From Opitutia bacterium (lineage in GTDB: Bacteria; Verrucomicrobiota; Verrucomicrobiia; Opitutales; Opitutaceae): a stretch of 64,000 bases of DNA. The notes below the pieces were generated by a model. It ran no database searches, had not been told where the DNA came from, and saw nothing but the letters and a program-made list of their open reading frames with translations. The stretch's first letter is position 1. Every line of letters begins with the position of its first letter. Both the position numbers and the translations under genes were made by a program. Shown here one piece after another: positions 31,330 through 39,905 of this stretch. The DNA is taken from the NCBI GenBank assembly GCA_947478395.1, contig CANJVR010000001.1, positions 800,001 to 864,000 of the forward strand. The letters run 5' to 3'.

Positions 31330-31424
31330 GGCATAGCTCTTGGCTGAGGCATAATAGTTTGCGAGGTGCCACCCTAGGAACGCGGGGCATGCACCCTGCC
31401 GCAGATAAATGCCGATGGAGAAAC

Positions 31425-31560
31425 CGGAGCTAGCGTCGCCTGCGCTCTCATTCGGAAAACGAAAAAACCGAGGACGTTAAATCCTCGGTTTTCGGAACGC
31501 CGCTCATGACTCGGAAAGAGCCGCGAGCGACGGTGGGCAGTTAAAAGTTAACTGTTATAG
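31425..31560 (-). repeat. Structured repeat copy 3 = glnII 3' UTR/terminator
   Basis: Begins 5 nt after the glnII stop: CAGTTAA-ctt-TTAACTG hairpin, a long second hairpin, then AAAACCGAGGA-loop-TCCTCGGTTTTTT with U-tract. Confidence 0.9.
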
Positions 31561-31565
31561 GAATC

Positions 31566-32603
31566 TTACTTCGTCGGGACGGACTGGATCGTTTTTACGA
31601 TGCGACCGGCCACGAGGTACGGATCGGCCGCGGAGTTCGGACGACGGTCCTCGAGGTAGCCCTTATAGCCGGCGTTGACGAAGCTGTGCGGCATACGGAC
31701 CGACGCGCCGCGGTCGGCGAGACCGTAGCTGAACTTGTCGATCGACTGGGTCTCGTGAAGGCCAGTGAGGCGGAGGTGATTCTCCGGGCCGTAAACGGCG
31801 ATGTGCTCGTCGCGGTATTTGTTGAAGGCTGCCATGAGTTTCTCGAAGTAGGCCTTGCCGCCTTTTTCGCGCAGGAACTTCGTCGAGAAGTTCGCATGCA
31901 TACCGGAGCCGTTCCAGTCGAGCGGCTGGTTGAACGGTGCGAGGATGGGCTTACAGCGCCATTCGATATCGATGCAATAGGCCTCGGCCAGACGAGCGAG
32001 AATGTAACGGGCGACCCACATTTGGTCGGCGGCGTTCTTGGAGCCTTTGCCGAAGATCTGGAATTCCCACTGGCCCTTGGCGACCTCGGCATTGATGCCC
32101 TCGAGGTTGATGCCGGCATCGAGACAGATATCGATGTGCTTCTCGACAATCTCACGAGCAACCGCGCCGACATTCTTGTAGCCAACGCCGGTGTAGTAAG
32201 GACCTTGGGGCGCCGGGAAACCGCCGCCCACTGGGAACCCGAGCGGAACGCCGTCCTGGTAAAAGAAATATTCCTGCTCGAAGCCAAACCACGTATCAGG
32301 ATCATCCGGGATCGTGGCGCGGGAGTTTGACACGTGCGGGGTTTTCCCGTCCGGCATCATGACCTCGCACATCACCAGCACGCCATTCTTGCGCGTGCTG
32401 TCAGGATATACCGCCACCGGCCTCAACACGCAGTCGGAGCTTCTGCCCTCGGCCTGCTGCGTCGAGCTGCCATCGAAGCCCCAGTTGGGGAGCTCTTCGA
32501 GCTTTGGAAGGCTCTTAAACTCTTTGATCTGGGTCTTGCTGCGGAGACTGGCCAACGGCTTGTAGCCATCCAGCCAGATGTATTCTAATTTATATTTAGC
32601 CAT
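31566..32603 (-). CDS. glnII: Glutamine synthetase type II
   Basis: 345 aa; EYIWLDG, WGFDGSST, GFEQEY, NAEVAKGQWEFQ, DWNGSGMHANFST, RLTGLHET, EDRRP. Confidence 0.95.
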   Translation of the reverse strand: MAKYKLEYIWLDGYKPLASLRSKTQIKEFKSLPKLEELPNWGFDGSSTQQAEGRSSDCVLRPVAVYPDSTRKNGVLVMCEVMMPDGKTPHVSNSRATIPDDPDTWFGFEQEYFFYQDGVPLGFPVGGGFPAPQGPYYTGVGYKNVGAVAREIVEKHIDICLDAGINLEGINAEVAKGQWEFQIFGKGSKNAADQMWVARYILARLAEAYCIDIEWRCKPILAPFNQPLDWNGSGMHANFSTKFLREKGGKAYFEKLMAAFNKYRDEHIAVYGPENHLRLTGLHETQSIDKFSYGLADRGASVRMPHSFVNAGYKGYLEDRRPNSAADPYLVAGRIVKTIQSVPTK

Positions 32604-32692
32604 AGGAGTGCGGGTTTTGGAGGAGTCTCACATGAACCCGCCAACCACGATAGTTGGATGACGGAGCCCACGGGAAAACCCAGAACGTATTC

Positions 32693-32708
32693 AGCACCTG
32701 ACATGCCA
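32693..32708 (-). promoter_or_regulatory. sigma54 (-24/-12) promoter of glnII
   Basis: TGGCATGTCAGGTGCT: GG-N10-GC spacing, about 90 nt upstream of the GS start. Confidence 0.7.
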
Positions 32709-32829
32709 GCGGCAACTAGAAATTCGGCCTATGCGACAGGTTTTTTTCAAAAAAACCACCCAAGCCATCGTCACCCCTTGCTCCAGGACCCCAACCCCCC
32801 ACAGTAGGGGTCTCCGACGTCGCCGCGCC

Positions 32830-33249
32830 ATGCATGAAGTCAAAGACACCCAGCGCGCCGTCGTTCGCATCGGCTACGATGGCCGGGTGCACAAGACCTT
32901 CCGCGGACCCAAGGCCCAGGAACGCTTCGACAACGAGGTTCGCGTGCTTCGCCACTTGGAGCAACGGGCCTGCGACTTTGTGCCCCGGCTGATCGAAGTC
33001 GATCCGGCGGCACTGAAGATCATCACCACAAACTGCGGCTCCATCGTCCAGCAGCTCGATCCGCAAAGGATGCAGGAACTGTTTGCCGAACTCGCCCAGT
33101 ACGGCGTCCGCCACGACGACGCGTTCCTCCGCAACGTGACCTATCGCGCAACCGACGGTCGGTTTTGTCTCATCGATTTCGAGTTCGCCACCCTCCTTGA
33201 CGAAACCAAAATCGCCGACGCGAAGGCCAAGCCTCTTCCGAAAAATTGA
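32830..33249 (+). CDS. Minimal protein-kinase-like protein (139 aa)
   Basis: VHK (beta3 Lys), FDNE (helix C Glu), HDDAFLRN (HxDxxxxN), LIDFE (DFG-like). Confidence 0.75.
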   Translation: MHEVKDTQRAVVRIGYDGRVHKTFRGPKAQERFDNEVRVLRHLEQRACDFVPRLIEVDPAALKIITTNCGSIVQQLDPQRMQELFAELAQYGVRHDDAFLRNVTYRATDGRFCLIDFEFATLLDETKIADAKAKPLPKN

Positions 33250-34112
33250 TGCCCCCACCTCGTCGCCTCCCTTCGACCGACCATCCCCACCCCGATCTTC
33301 GCTGGTCCGGCCTCACGCATCGCGGTCACGTCCGGACCAACAACGAGGACAACTTTCTCGCGCTCGCGTTCGACAGCCGCGAAATCCGCTACCTCGGCAA
33401 AACCGGCGAGGCTTCGTCAGCGGAAAACGATTTCGTCTTTGCGGTCAGCGATGGCATGGGCGGCGCGAAATCGGGCGAGTTTGCCAGCCGCATCACTCTG
33501 GACCGCATCACCCGGTTGCTGCCGAAAAGCTTTCACCTCGGCGCGCAAGGCCTCGCCAGCGGGTTCGCCGATATCCTTCAAGAATTGTTCAGCGAAATTC
33601 ATGACGATCTCATGCACCTCGGCCGCAGCTACGAGGAATGCTCCGGCATGGGCACGACTCTAAGTCTCGCCTGGATCACCCCGGGATCGGTTTATTTTGG
33701 CCACATCGGCGACAGCCGGATCTATTTTCTGCCCCGACTCGGCGGTCTTATTCAACTGACGCATGATCATTCGCACGTCGGCTGGCTCCACCGTCAGGGT
33801 CAAATCAACGAGCGGGAGGCCCGCTCCCACCCTATGCGAAACGCGCTCCATCAGGCACTCGGCTCCGGCCACCAGCTGATCGATCCGCAGTTTGGCACCA
33901 TGGCGTGCTCCCCGGGCGATCGCTTTCTAATTTGCTCGGACGGCCTCGTGGACGGCCTCTGGGACCGGCAACTGGAGGAAATTATCCGCGAGCCGGGCGC
34001 CGGGCCGATCGCCCAGCGCCTCGTGCATGCGTCGCTAGAAAATTCGGGTAAAGACAACACCACCGCCGTCGTCGTCGAGATCCTCGGCGGAGCGGAGGCG
34101 AGCCCAGGTTAG
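33249..34112 (+). CDS. PP2C/PPM-family Ser/Thr phosphatase
   Basis: GHVRTNNED, VSDGMGG, GMGTT, HIGDSR, CSDGL, GKDNTT; TGATG overlap with the kinase stop. Confidence 0.93.
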   Translation: MPPPRRLPSTDHPHPDLRWSGLTHRGHVRTNNEDNFLALAFDSREIRYLGKTGEASSAENDFVFAVSDGMGGAKSGEFASRITLDRITRLLPKSFHLGAQGLASGFADILQELFSEIHDDLMHLGRSYEECSGMGTTLSLAWITPGSVYFGHIGDSRIYFLPRLGGLIQLTHDHSHVGWLHRQGQINEREARSHPMRNALHQALGSGHQLIDPQFGTMACSPGDRFLICSDGLVDGLWDRQLEEIIREPGAGPIAQRLVHASLENSGKDNTTAVVVEILGGAEASPG

Positions 34113-34126
34113 ACCCCGATCGGCCC

Positions 34127-34498
34127 ATGCCATTGCTCTTTGTCTACGGCACGTTGAAACGCGACGGTCCTAATCACGCTCACCTCGCCCTTCAGAAACT
34201 GATCGGCGCGGCGCGCACGGCGCAGGGGTTTACGCTGTATTCCCTTGGGGATTATCCCGGAATGGTGCGAGCGCCGGACGATCACGACGGTGTCACCGGT
34301 GAAGTCTGGGCGGTCGATGAAGCCTGCTTGCAACGCCTCGATCACCTCGAAGGCGTCGCCGAAAATCTTTACCGACGCGGTCCGGTTCCGCTCCGGGATC
34401 CGTTCGAAGCGTCCACGGTTCAAACCTATTTCTATCTGAGGCCCATAGCGGCGCGACCGCACGTCGGCGCGACTTGGCGCGGGGACGCGAACACGTGA
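34127..34498 (+). CDS. Gamma-glutamylcyclotransferase (AIG2-like) family protein
   Basis: LFVYGTLK, YPG, VTGEV, LDHLEG...YRR. Confidence 0.88.
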   Translation: MPLLFVYGTLKRDGPNHAHLALQKLIGAARTAQGFTLYSLGDYPGMVRAPDDHDGVTGEVWAVDEACLQRLDHLEGVAENLYRRGPVPLRDPFEASTVQTYFYLRPIAARPHVGATWRGDANT

Positions 34499-34528
34499 CG
34501 GAAAGAGACCAGTGAGATTTGGTCGGCC

Positions 34529-34997
34529 TTAGGTCTTTTCCAGATCTCGGGCTGCCACCCGTCGCACCACGGTAAATTTCGCTCGAAAAAGATCTTCCAG
34601 CGTTTCACGCACCTCGGCCGGAATCCTACTCACCAGTGAATCGAGCGAAGGCAGGGGTGCCTTGGCCGCGTCGGTTTCCTCCGGCGGAGCGGCCGACCCG
34701 GATACGACCGGCGTGACAGGCCCGCTGGGCTCCACCGCTAAAATGGGCCAGGCCGCGGCGCTGAATTCTTCAGTGGGCCACGGGGCCTCGTCATCGCCTC
34801 CCACGGGTGGTGCAACGGCTCCGGCCGCCAGCGCGGGCGCCGAGGCGCGGGTAACGGATGGCGCGTTTACGGCCTCTGAAAAATTCGCCACGGCCACCGG
34901 GCGGCTGACCTCAGCTGCCGATGGCGTCGCGCCCTTGTTATCCGAGTTCCGTGCCAGCGCGGTCTCTAGCCGTTGCTCCAACCGATCAATCAGGCCT
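34529..34997 (-). CDS. Probable C-terminal (tau-specific) part of DnaX, reached by a -1 shift at the A10 run
   Basis: Open -1 frame from the A-run ([11 protein letters not shown]...), Ala/Pro linker, terminal helical segment [17 protein letters not shown]; no ATG start, only TTG at 34981. Confidence 0.65.
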
Positions 34998-36180
34998 TTT
35001 TTTTTTCGCCTTCGTTGTCCGCGCCCACGACGGCCGGCGCGGTTTCGTCGGCGAGAGCGGCCAGTTCCTTGATCAAGCTGTCGATGGCCCGTGAACGGCT
35101 CGCATCGATGGCTTTCAGGAGCGTCACTTCGAAATTAATTTTTTCCGCCAACCCGAGTTTCACACTGCCTTCGCCCTCGCGTAGTCCATCAAGGAGGCGG
35201 GTCAGCTGCTCGGTCGTCATCGACCCGGCGGCCGCGCCACGGCCGGCCGCACGACCCAGCATTTCGCTCTTTCCGCCGTGAGCGATGGCGTCGAGCAGAG
35301 CGTGGCGTACGACGGCCTGCAGATCGGACAGGAGCCGCACGAGATCGCGCCCGGCGCGGTCGCACTCATCGACGATCGCGACGAGGCGCGCGTGATCCCC
35401 GGTCGCGAGCGTGGCCGCGAGTTCGGCCACCTTCTCCGCCGACACCAGGCCGTAGACATCGAGCACATCCGGCTCGGCGATCTCGGCCCCGCAGAAAGAA
35501 ATCATCTGGTCGAAGACCGACTGCGCATCGCGCATCCCGCCGTCGGCCATGCGCGCGATGCAGGCGAGCGCCTCGTCCGTCACTTTGATTTTCTCCTCAA
35601 CCGCGATTTTCTTCAGGCGCTCGACAATCAAATCCGCGGGGATGGGCTTCAGATCGAAGCGCTGACAGCGCGAGAGTATCGTCGGCAGAACTTTCTGCAC
35701 CTCGGTCGTGGCGAAGACGAACTTCACGTGCGGCGGCGGCTCCTCGAGCGTCTTCAGCAAAGCGTTAAACGCCTGCGGCGAGAGCATGTGCACCTCGTCG
35801 ATGATGTAGACCTTGAACTTGCCTTGCGCCGGCGAGTACCGCGCGGTTTCCCGCAGGTCGCGCACTTGGTCGACGCCGTTGTTTGAGGCGCCGTCGATTT
35901 CGATGACATCGAGATGCGAACCTTCCGCAATGGCCACGCACGCGGGATCGTTGACGTCAAAGTCTGCCTTCGGTCCGTCCGTGCAATTCAGCGCCTTCGC
36001 GAAGATGCGCGCGGTTGACGTTTTTCCGGTGCCGCGCGGGCCGACGAAAAGATAGGCGTGGGCAATCCGGCCGCGAGTGATCGCATTCTTCAGCGTGCGA
36101 ACAACGTGATCCTGCCCCACCACGTCGTCGAACGTCTGGGGCCGCCACTTGCGCGCGATGACTTGATAGGAAGAGGACAT
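34990..36180 (-). CDS. dnaX: DNA polymerase III subunit gamma/tau (zero-frame product, 396 aa)
   Basis: [48 protein letters not shown]. Confidence 0.97.
   Translation of the reverse strand: MSSSYQVIARKWRPQTFDDVVGQDHVVRTLKNAITRGRIAHAYLFVGPRGTGKTSTARIFAKALNCTDGPKADFDVNDPACVAIAEGSHLDVIEIDGASNNGVDQVRDLRETARYSPAQGKFKVYIIDEVHMLSPQAFNALLKTLEEPPPHVKFVFATTEVQKVLPTILSRCQRFDLKPIPADLIVERLKKIAVEEKIKVTDEALACIARMADGGMRDAQSVFDQMISFCGAEIAEPDVLDVYGLVSAEKVAELAATLATGDHARLVAIVDECDRAGRDLVRLLSDLQAVVRHALLDAIAHGGKSEMLGRAAGRGAAAGSMTTEQLTRLLDGLREGEGSVKLGLAEKINFEVTLLKAIDASRSRAIDSLIKELAALADETAPAVVGADNEGEKKKA
34996..35006 (-). other. Slippery site: A10 run containing A_AAA_AAG
   Basis: Minus strand reads GGC GAA AAA AAA AAG GCC TGA. 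Confidence 0.7.
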
Positions 36181-36291
36181 CTCAGGATGGAGGGGCCGCC
36201 GGCCGGCTACGGGGAGAGCAACGGAACCATGGCATCGCTGGCAAGCAAGCTCCTACCGCCGCTCAGATCCGATTCGCTCGGCAAAAAAAGT

Positions 36292-36387
36292 GGCCAGGCA
36301 CTCCACGGCACTGGGAGGACGTCGTTACCGTTGCTGCCTTCCGGCCCTGGCGGGGTTCACGCGCCTGCCCATGCATGGCACCTGGCC
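36292..36387 (-). ncRNA. ffs: Signal recognition particle RNA (small 4.5S type)
   Basis: GAACCCCGCCAGGGCCGGAAGGCAGCAACGG domain IV; terminal stem GGCCAGG/CCTGGCC; T7 tail; usual position upstream of dnaX. Confidence 0.93.
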
Positions 36388-36470
36388 GGCGCGAACCATG
36401 CGACGGCACTTCCGTCGCGCAACATCTATTTCCCGATCACCTGCGGCCCGCATTTCAACGCGGGCAGCAA

Positions 36471-36905
36471 TCAAGGATTGGCCCGTTTCGGGCGGGGCGG
36501 CGGCGGCGGACCGCGATCCTCACGCAAAAGCTCGCCCTGCCGCTCCTGCAGTTTTTCCAGTTTCTTGCGCTGCACGGGGGTGAGCTCACTGGCAAAATCG
36601 CCCTGCACCCGGCGCAAAATCACACCGGTTTCGCGCAGCCCATTCTGTCGGACCCGCCGGATGTCTTCCTCGGCGCGTTCAACCATCGGGCGGAATTTTT
36701 CGCGTTGTTCAGGCGTGAGGTCGAGCCGGTCCGCTAAATGACGGAGGATGCCCGGCAAGGGATTTAACGGCCCAGCGCCTGGACCTTGCACCGGCCGTCG
36801 GACGGCCGCCCGCTGGTCGAAACGCAACGCCAACAGTCCGCCGAAGATGGACCCGAAGATAAAAACCCCGACGAACGCCGCGATGACTTTCCAAGGCTTT
36901 TCCAT
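36471..36905 (-). CDS. Membrane-anchored periplasmic helical protein (Spy/CpxP or heavy-metal-sensor-like)
   Basis: N-terminal TM; LDLTPEQ and ELTPVQ (LTxxQ) motifs. Confidence 0.7.
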   Translation of the reverse strand: MEKPWKVIAAFVGVFIFGSIFGGLLALRFDQRAAVRRPVQGPGAGPLNPLPGILRHLADRLDLTPEQREKFRPMVERAEEDIRRVRQNGLRETGVILRRVQGDFASELTPVQRKKLEKLQERQGELLREDRGPPPPPRPKRANP

Positions 36906-36908
36906 ACG

Positions 36909-37220
36909 TCAGGATTCGTCGAACAACACGGCCACCGGATCGTCGCCGCTCAGGGACGAATCATCATCGCCGACCCAATTCGTGAGAAAGGTATAATTGG
37001 CCGCCACGCTGACCAGTGCCAGCAAACTGGCGACGCCCAAGGCCCGCAGAGAGAAACGCTCAAAAAGCGAAGCGACCGGCCGCTCCGCGGCAAAAGCCAG
37101 AGCCACGACTCGCGTGGAAAAACCATAAGGAGCCGCGGTCTCGCGTCCATCGGAGGTGGCCGCACGGCGGGCCCCGGCGGCGAGGCGGGCCCAAGGGTGA
37201 TTTGGATCGGACGGTTTCAT
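36909..37220 (-). CDS. Putative anti-sigma factor (single TM)
   Basis: APYGFSTRV motif plus TM; 4-nt overlap with the sigma gene. Confidence 0.65.
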   Translation of the reverse strand: MKPSDPNHPWARLAAGARRAATSDGRETAAPYGFSTRVVALAFAAERPVASLFERFSLRALGVASLLALVSVAANYTFLTNWVGDDDSSLSGDDPVAVLFDES

Positions 37221-37807
37221 GAACGTTCGCTGTCTTTTAGTTGTTGAAAAAATTTCTGCAACTTCCGTCTGGCGCGAAAAGCCCGCACTTTGATGAGTGA
37301 CTCGTTCCAGCCCGTGAGCGCGCTGATTTCGGCAATCGTCTTTTGCTCAAGATCCAGCAGCTGGATCACCATGCGGTCAGCGGGCTTGAGCTGATCGAGC
37401 AGCTTGTGCACGAGCTCGCGGGACGCGAGGGCGTCGTTGGCGGGGACATCCTGGGCGTTGGTGATCACCGCGTCCAAGACGTTGGCCTCGCTCTCGGAGA
37501 GGTCGGCCCAACGGAATTCGGGGCGGCGTTTTTGCGCGCGCAAGTGATCGATACAGGTCGTCAACGCAATGCGCGAAACCCAGTGCGACAGCGGCACCGC
37601 CCCCTCGTACTGATCGAGCCGGGAAAACATTTTCATGAAGACTTCCTGGGTGAGATCTTGCTCGAGTACCCGGCGCGGGAGATGGGCGCGCACAATCCGA
37701 ATGACAAGAGGGTGGAGGTGATCGACCAATTCGCGCGCCGCGACTTGATCACGCCGACGCACGCGTTCCAGGCAGCCCGGCACATCGAACGGCTCGTCGT
37801 CAGGCAT
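37217..37807 (-). CDS. ECF RNA polymerase sigma factor
   Basis: DLTQEVF, WVSRIALTTCIDHLR, IAEISALTG..IKVRAFRARRKL. Confidence 0.93.
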   Translation of the reverse strand: MPDDEPFDVPGCLERVRRRDQVAARELVDHLHPLVIRIVRAHLPRRVLEQDLTQEVFMKMFSRLDQYEGAVPLSHWVSRIALTTCIDHLRAQKRRPEFRWADLSESEANVLDAVITNAQDVPANDALASRELVHKLLDQLKPADRMVIQLLDLEQKTIAEISALTGWNESLIKVRAFRARRKLQKFFQQLKDSERS

Positions 37808-37841
37808 AGAAAGATGGAAGCAGCAACAGACACAGCCGGGA

Positions 37842-37868
37842 AGACGAGGCCACCCTCGAACGGTTACA
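37842..37868 (-). promoter_or_regulatory. ECF-type (probably autoregulated) promoter
   Basis: TGTAAC-N16-CGTCT, about 35 nt upstream of the ATG at 37807. Confidence 0.65.
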
Positions 37869-38176
37869 GACACGACCGGGATTGTCCCGGCCAAACTCCG
37901 CGCGCCTAAAAATTCGGACGCAGCGGCGCCGGAGGTGCGCCTTGACTTCGCTCTAAACGTGCCGGTAGCAACAACGCTGCGAGATGTTTATTTTCTGCCA
38001 GGCCCATCGACTTACTAACACGCACGATCGCTAAAGCCGCGTAGCGGTTGATCGTGCGTTGGCCTGTGCGTTTCCCGTCGCCGCTCGTCTGCGGCCAGAC
38101 GGTTCGTCGGCTCGCTTCGGGCCGACTCTTCCTCCAACCTCGTTCCCGTCGTCCATTTTTTGCCCGTCTCGTTCCC

Positions 38177-39847
38177 ATGCAATCCGCACCCGTTACGAAA
38201 TACCGTCCGTTCCCGCCCGTCGATTTGCCCAACCGCCAGTGGCCCAGCCGCACGCTCAATCGCGCCCCCATTTGGTGCAGCGTCGATCTCCGCGACGGCA
38301 ACCAAGCTCTCGCCCAACCGATGAGCGTCGAGGAGAAGCTCGAATATTTCGGGATGCTCGTGAAAATCGGCTTCAAGGAAATTGAGGTCGGCTTTCCCAG
38401 CGCCTCTCAGATCGAATTCGATTTCTGCCGGCGGCTGATCGAGGAAAATCGCATCCCCGACGACGTCGCGATCCAGATCCTCTGCCAGTGTCGCGAGGAA
38501 CTCATTGTGCGCAGCATCGCCGCGCTCAGCGGCGCGAAGAACGCAATTTTCCATCTCTACAACTCGACCTCGCCGGCACAGCGGAAGCATGTCTTCAACG
38601 CCTCACGCGCCGACATCGTGGCGATCGCGACGCGCGGCACCGCGTGGGTAAAACAGTATTCGCAGCCGCTCGTCGCGGCCGGCACCCGGATGCGTTTCGA
38701 ATATTCGCCAGAGAGTTTCTGCAGCACCGAACTCGATTTCGCCTTGGAGATTTGCGAGGCCGTCACCGCCGTCTGGCAGCCCACGGTCTCGGACAAAATC
38801 ATTCTCAATCTCCCCGCAACCGTTGAGTACGCGACGCCCAACGTCCACGCTGACCAGATCGAGTGGATGGCCACCCATCTCACCCGGCGCGACCGCACGA
38901 TCATCTCGCTCCACACCCACAACGACCGCGGCACCGGCATCGCCGCGACCGAGCTGGCCTTGCTCGCCGGCGCCGACCGCGTCGAAGGTACGCTCTTCGG
39001 CAACGGCGAACGTACGGGCAATCTCGATATCGTAACCGTGGCGCTGAATCTCTACACGCAAGGCATCCATCCGGCCCTCGATTTCAGCGACATCAACGGC
39101 ATCCGCGAAATCTACGAGCGGACCACGCGGCTGGAAGTTCCCGCCCGCCAGCCGTACGCCGGCGAGCTCACGTTCACGGCGTTCAGCGGTTCGCACCAGG
39201 ATGCCATCAAGAAATCCTGGGCGGTGCAGAAGCCGGACGAGCCGTGGGACGTGCTCTACATCCCCATTGATCCGGCCGACATCGGTCGCAGCTACAAGGC
39301 GATCATCCGCATCAATTCCCAATCGGGCAAAGGCGGCGTCGCGTACGTGCTCGAAAACGAGTTCGGCTTTCAGCTGCCGAAACTCATGCACAAGGAGATC
39401 GGCAAACTCATCAATGACCGCGCCGATGCCAAAGGCACCGAACTCACGTCGGTTGAGATCAATGATATCTTCCGTCGCGAATATCTCGAGCAGCCCGCGC
39501 CCCCGGTCACGTTGCAGCATTTCAAAACCACCGAGCGCGACCGCACGGTGAAGTGCGAAGCCAGCATCGCGTTCGCCGGCACCACGCACCCTCTCGCCGG
39601 CGCGGGTAACGGGCCGATCGACGCCTTCGTCCGCGCGCTCGGCACGACGGGTCTGCCAAAATTCGACGTGATGAGTTATAGCGAACACTCCCTCGGCCAA
39701 GGCGCTGAGGCGCGCGCGGTGAGTTATATCCAGATCAAGACTGACCGCGGACTCAGCCTCTTCGGGGCCGGAATCGACACCAACATCGAACTTGCGTCGA
39801 TCAAAGCGATCGTGAGCGCGATCAATCGCGCCCTCGCGAAACGCTAA
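38177..39847 (+). CDS. leuA: 2-isopropylmalate synthase (yeast/LeuA2 type)
   Basis: WCSVDLRDGNQAL, EYSPESF, SLHTHNDRG, GNGERTGN, SGSHQDAI, RINSQSGKGG, GNGPIDA. Confidence 0.96.
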   Translation: MQSAPVTKYRPFPPVDLPNRQWPSRTLNRAPIWCSVDLRDGNQALAQPMSVEEKLEYFGMLVKIGFKEIEVGFPSASQIEFDFCRRLIEENRIPDDVAIQILCQCREELIVRSIAALSGAKNAIFHLYNSTSPAQRKHVFNASRADIVAIATRGTAWVKQYSQPLVAAGTRMRFEYSPESFCSTELDFALEICEAVTAVWQPTVSDKIILNLPATVEYATPNVHADQIEWMATHLTRRDRTIISLHTHNDRGTGIAATELALLAGADRVEGTLFGNGERTGNLDIVTVALNLYTQGIHPALDFSDINGIREIYERTTRLEVPARQPYAGELTFTAFSGSHQDAIKKSWAVQKPDEPWDVLYIPIDPADIGRSYKAIIRINSQSGKGGVAYVLENEFGFQLPKLMHKEIGKLINDRADAKGTELTSVEINDIFRREYLEQPAPPVTLQHFKTTERDRTVKCEASIAFAGTTHPLAGAGNGPIDAFVRALGTTGLPKFDVMSYSEHSLGQGAEARAVSYIQIKTDRGLSLFGAGIDTNIELASIKAIVSAINRALAKR

Positions 39848-39905
39848 GGCTTGGATGCGGGTGGGAGGAGAGCAGCCCGCCCCCATTGACGAAAACGGGC
39901 CGCGG

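Noticed and set aside
30683..31565. CRISPR array or integron attC array
   Set aside because: Repeats are over 100 nt with irregular spacing, there are no clean RYYYAAC/GTTRRRY ends, and no cas or integrase gene is in the window
32640..32690. Glutamine (glnA) riboswitch-like GACGGA...GAACG
   Set aside because: It is on the strand opposite glnII and lacks the 5' CGUU and the GGAAGU/GAAGG core
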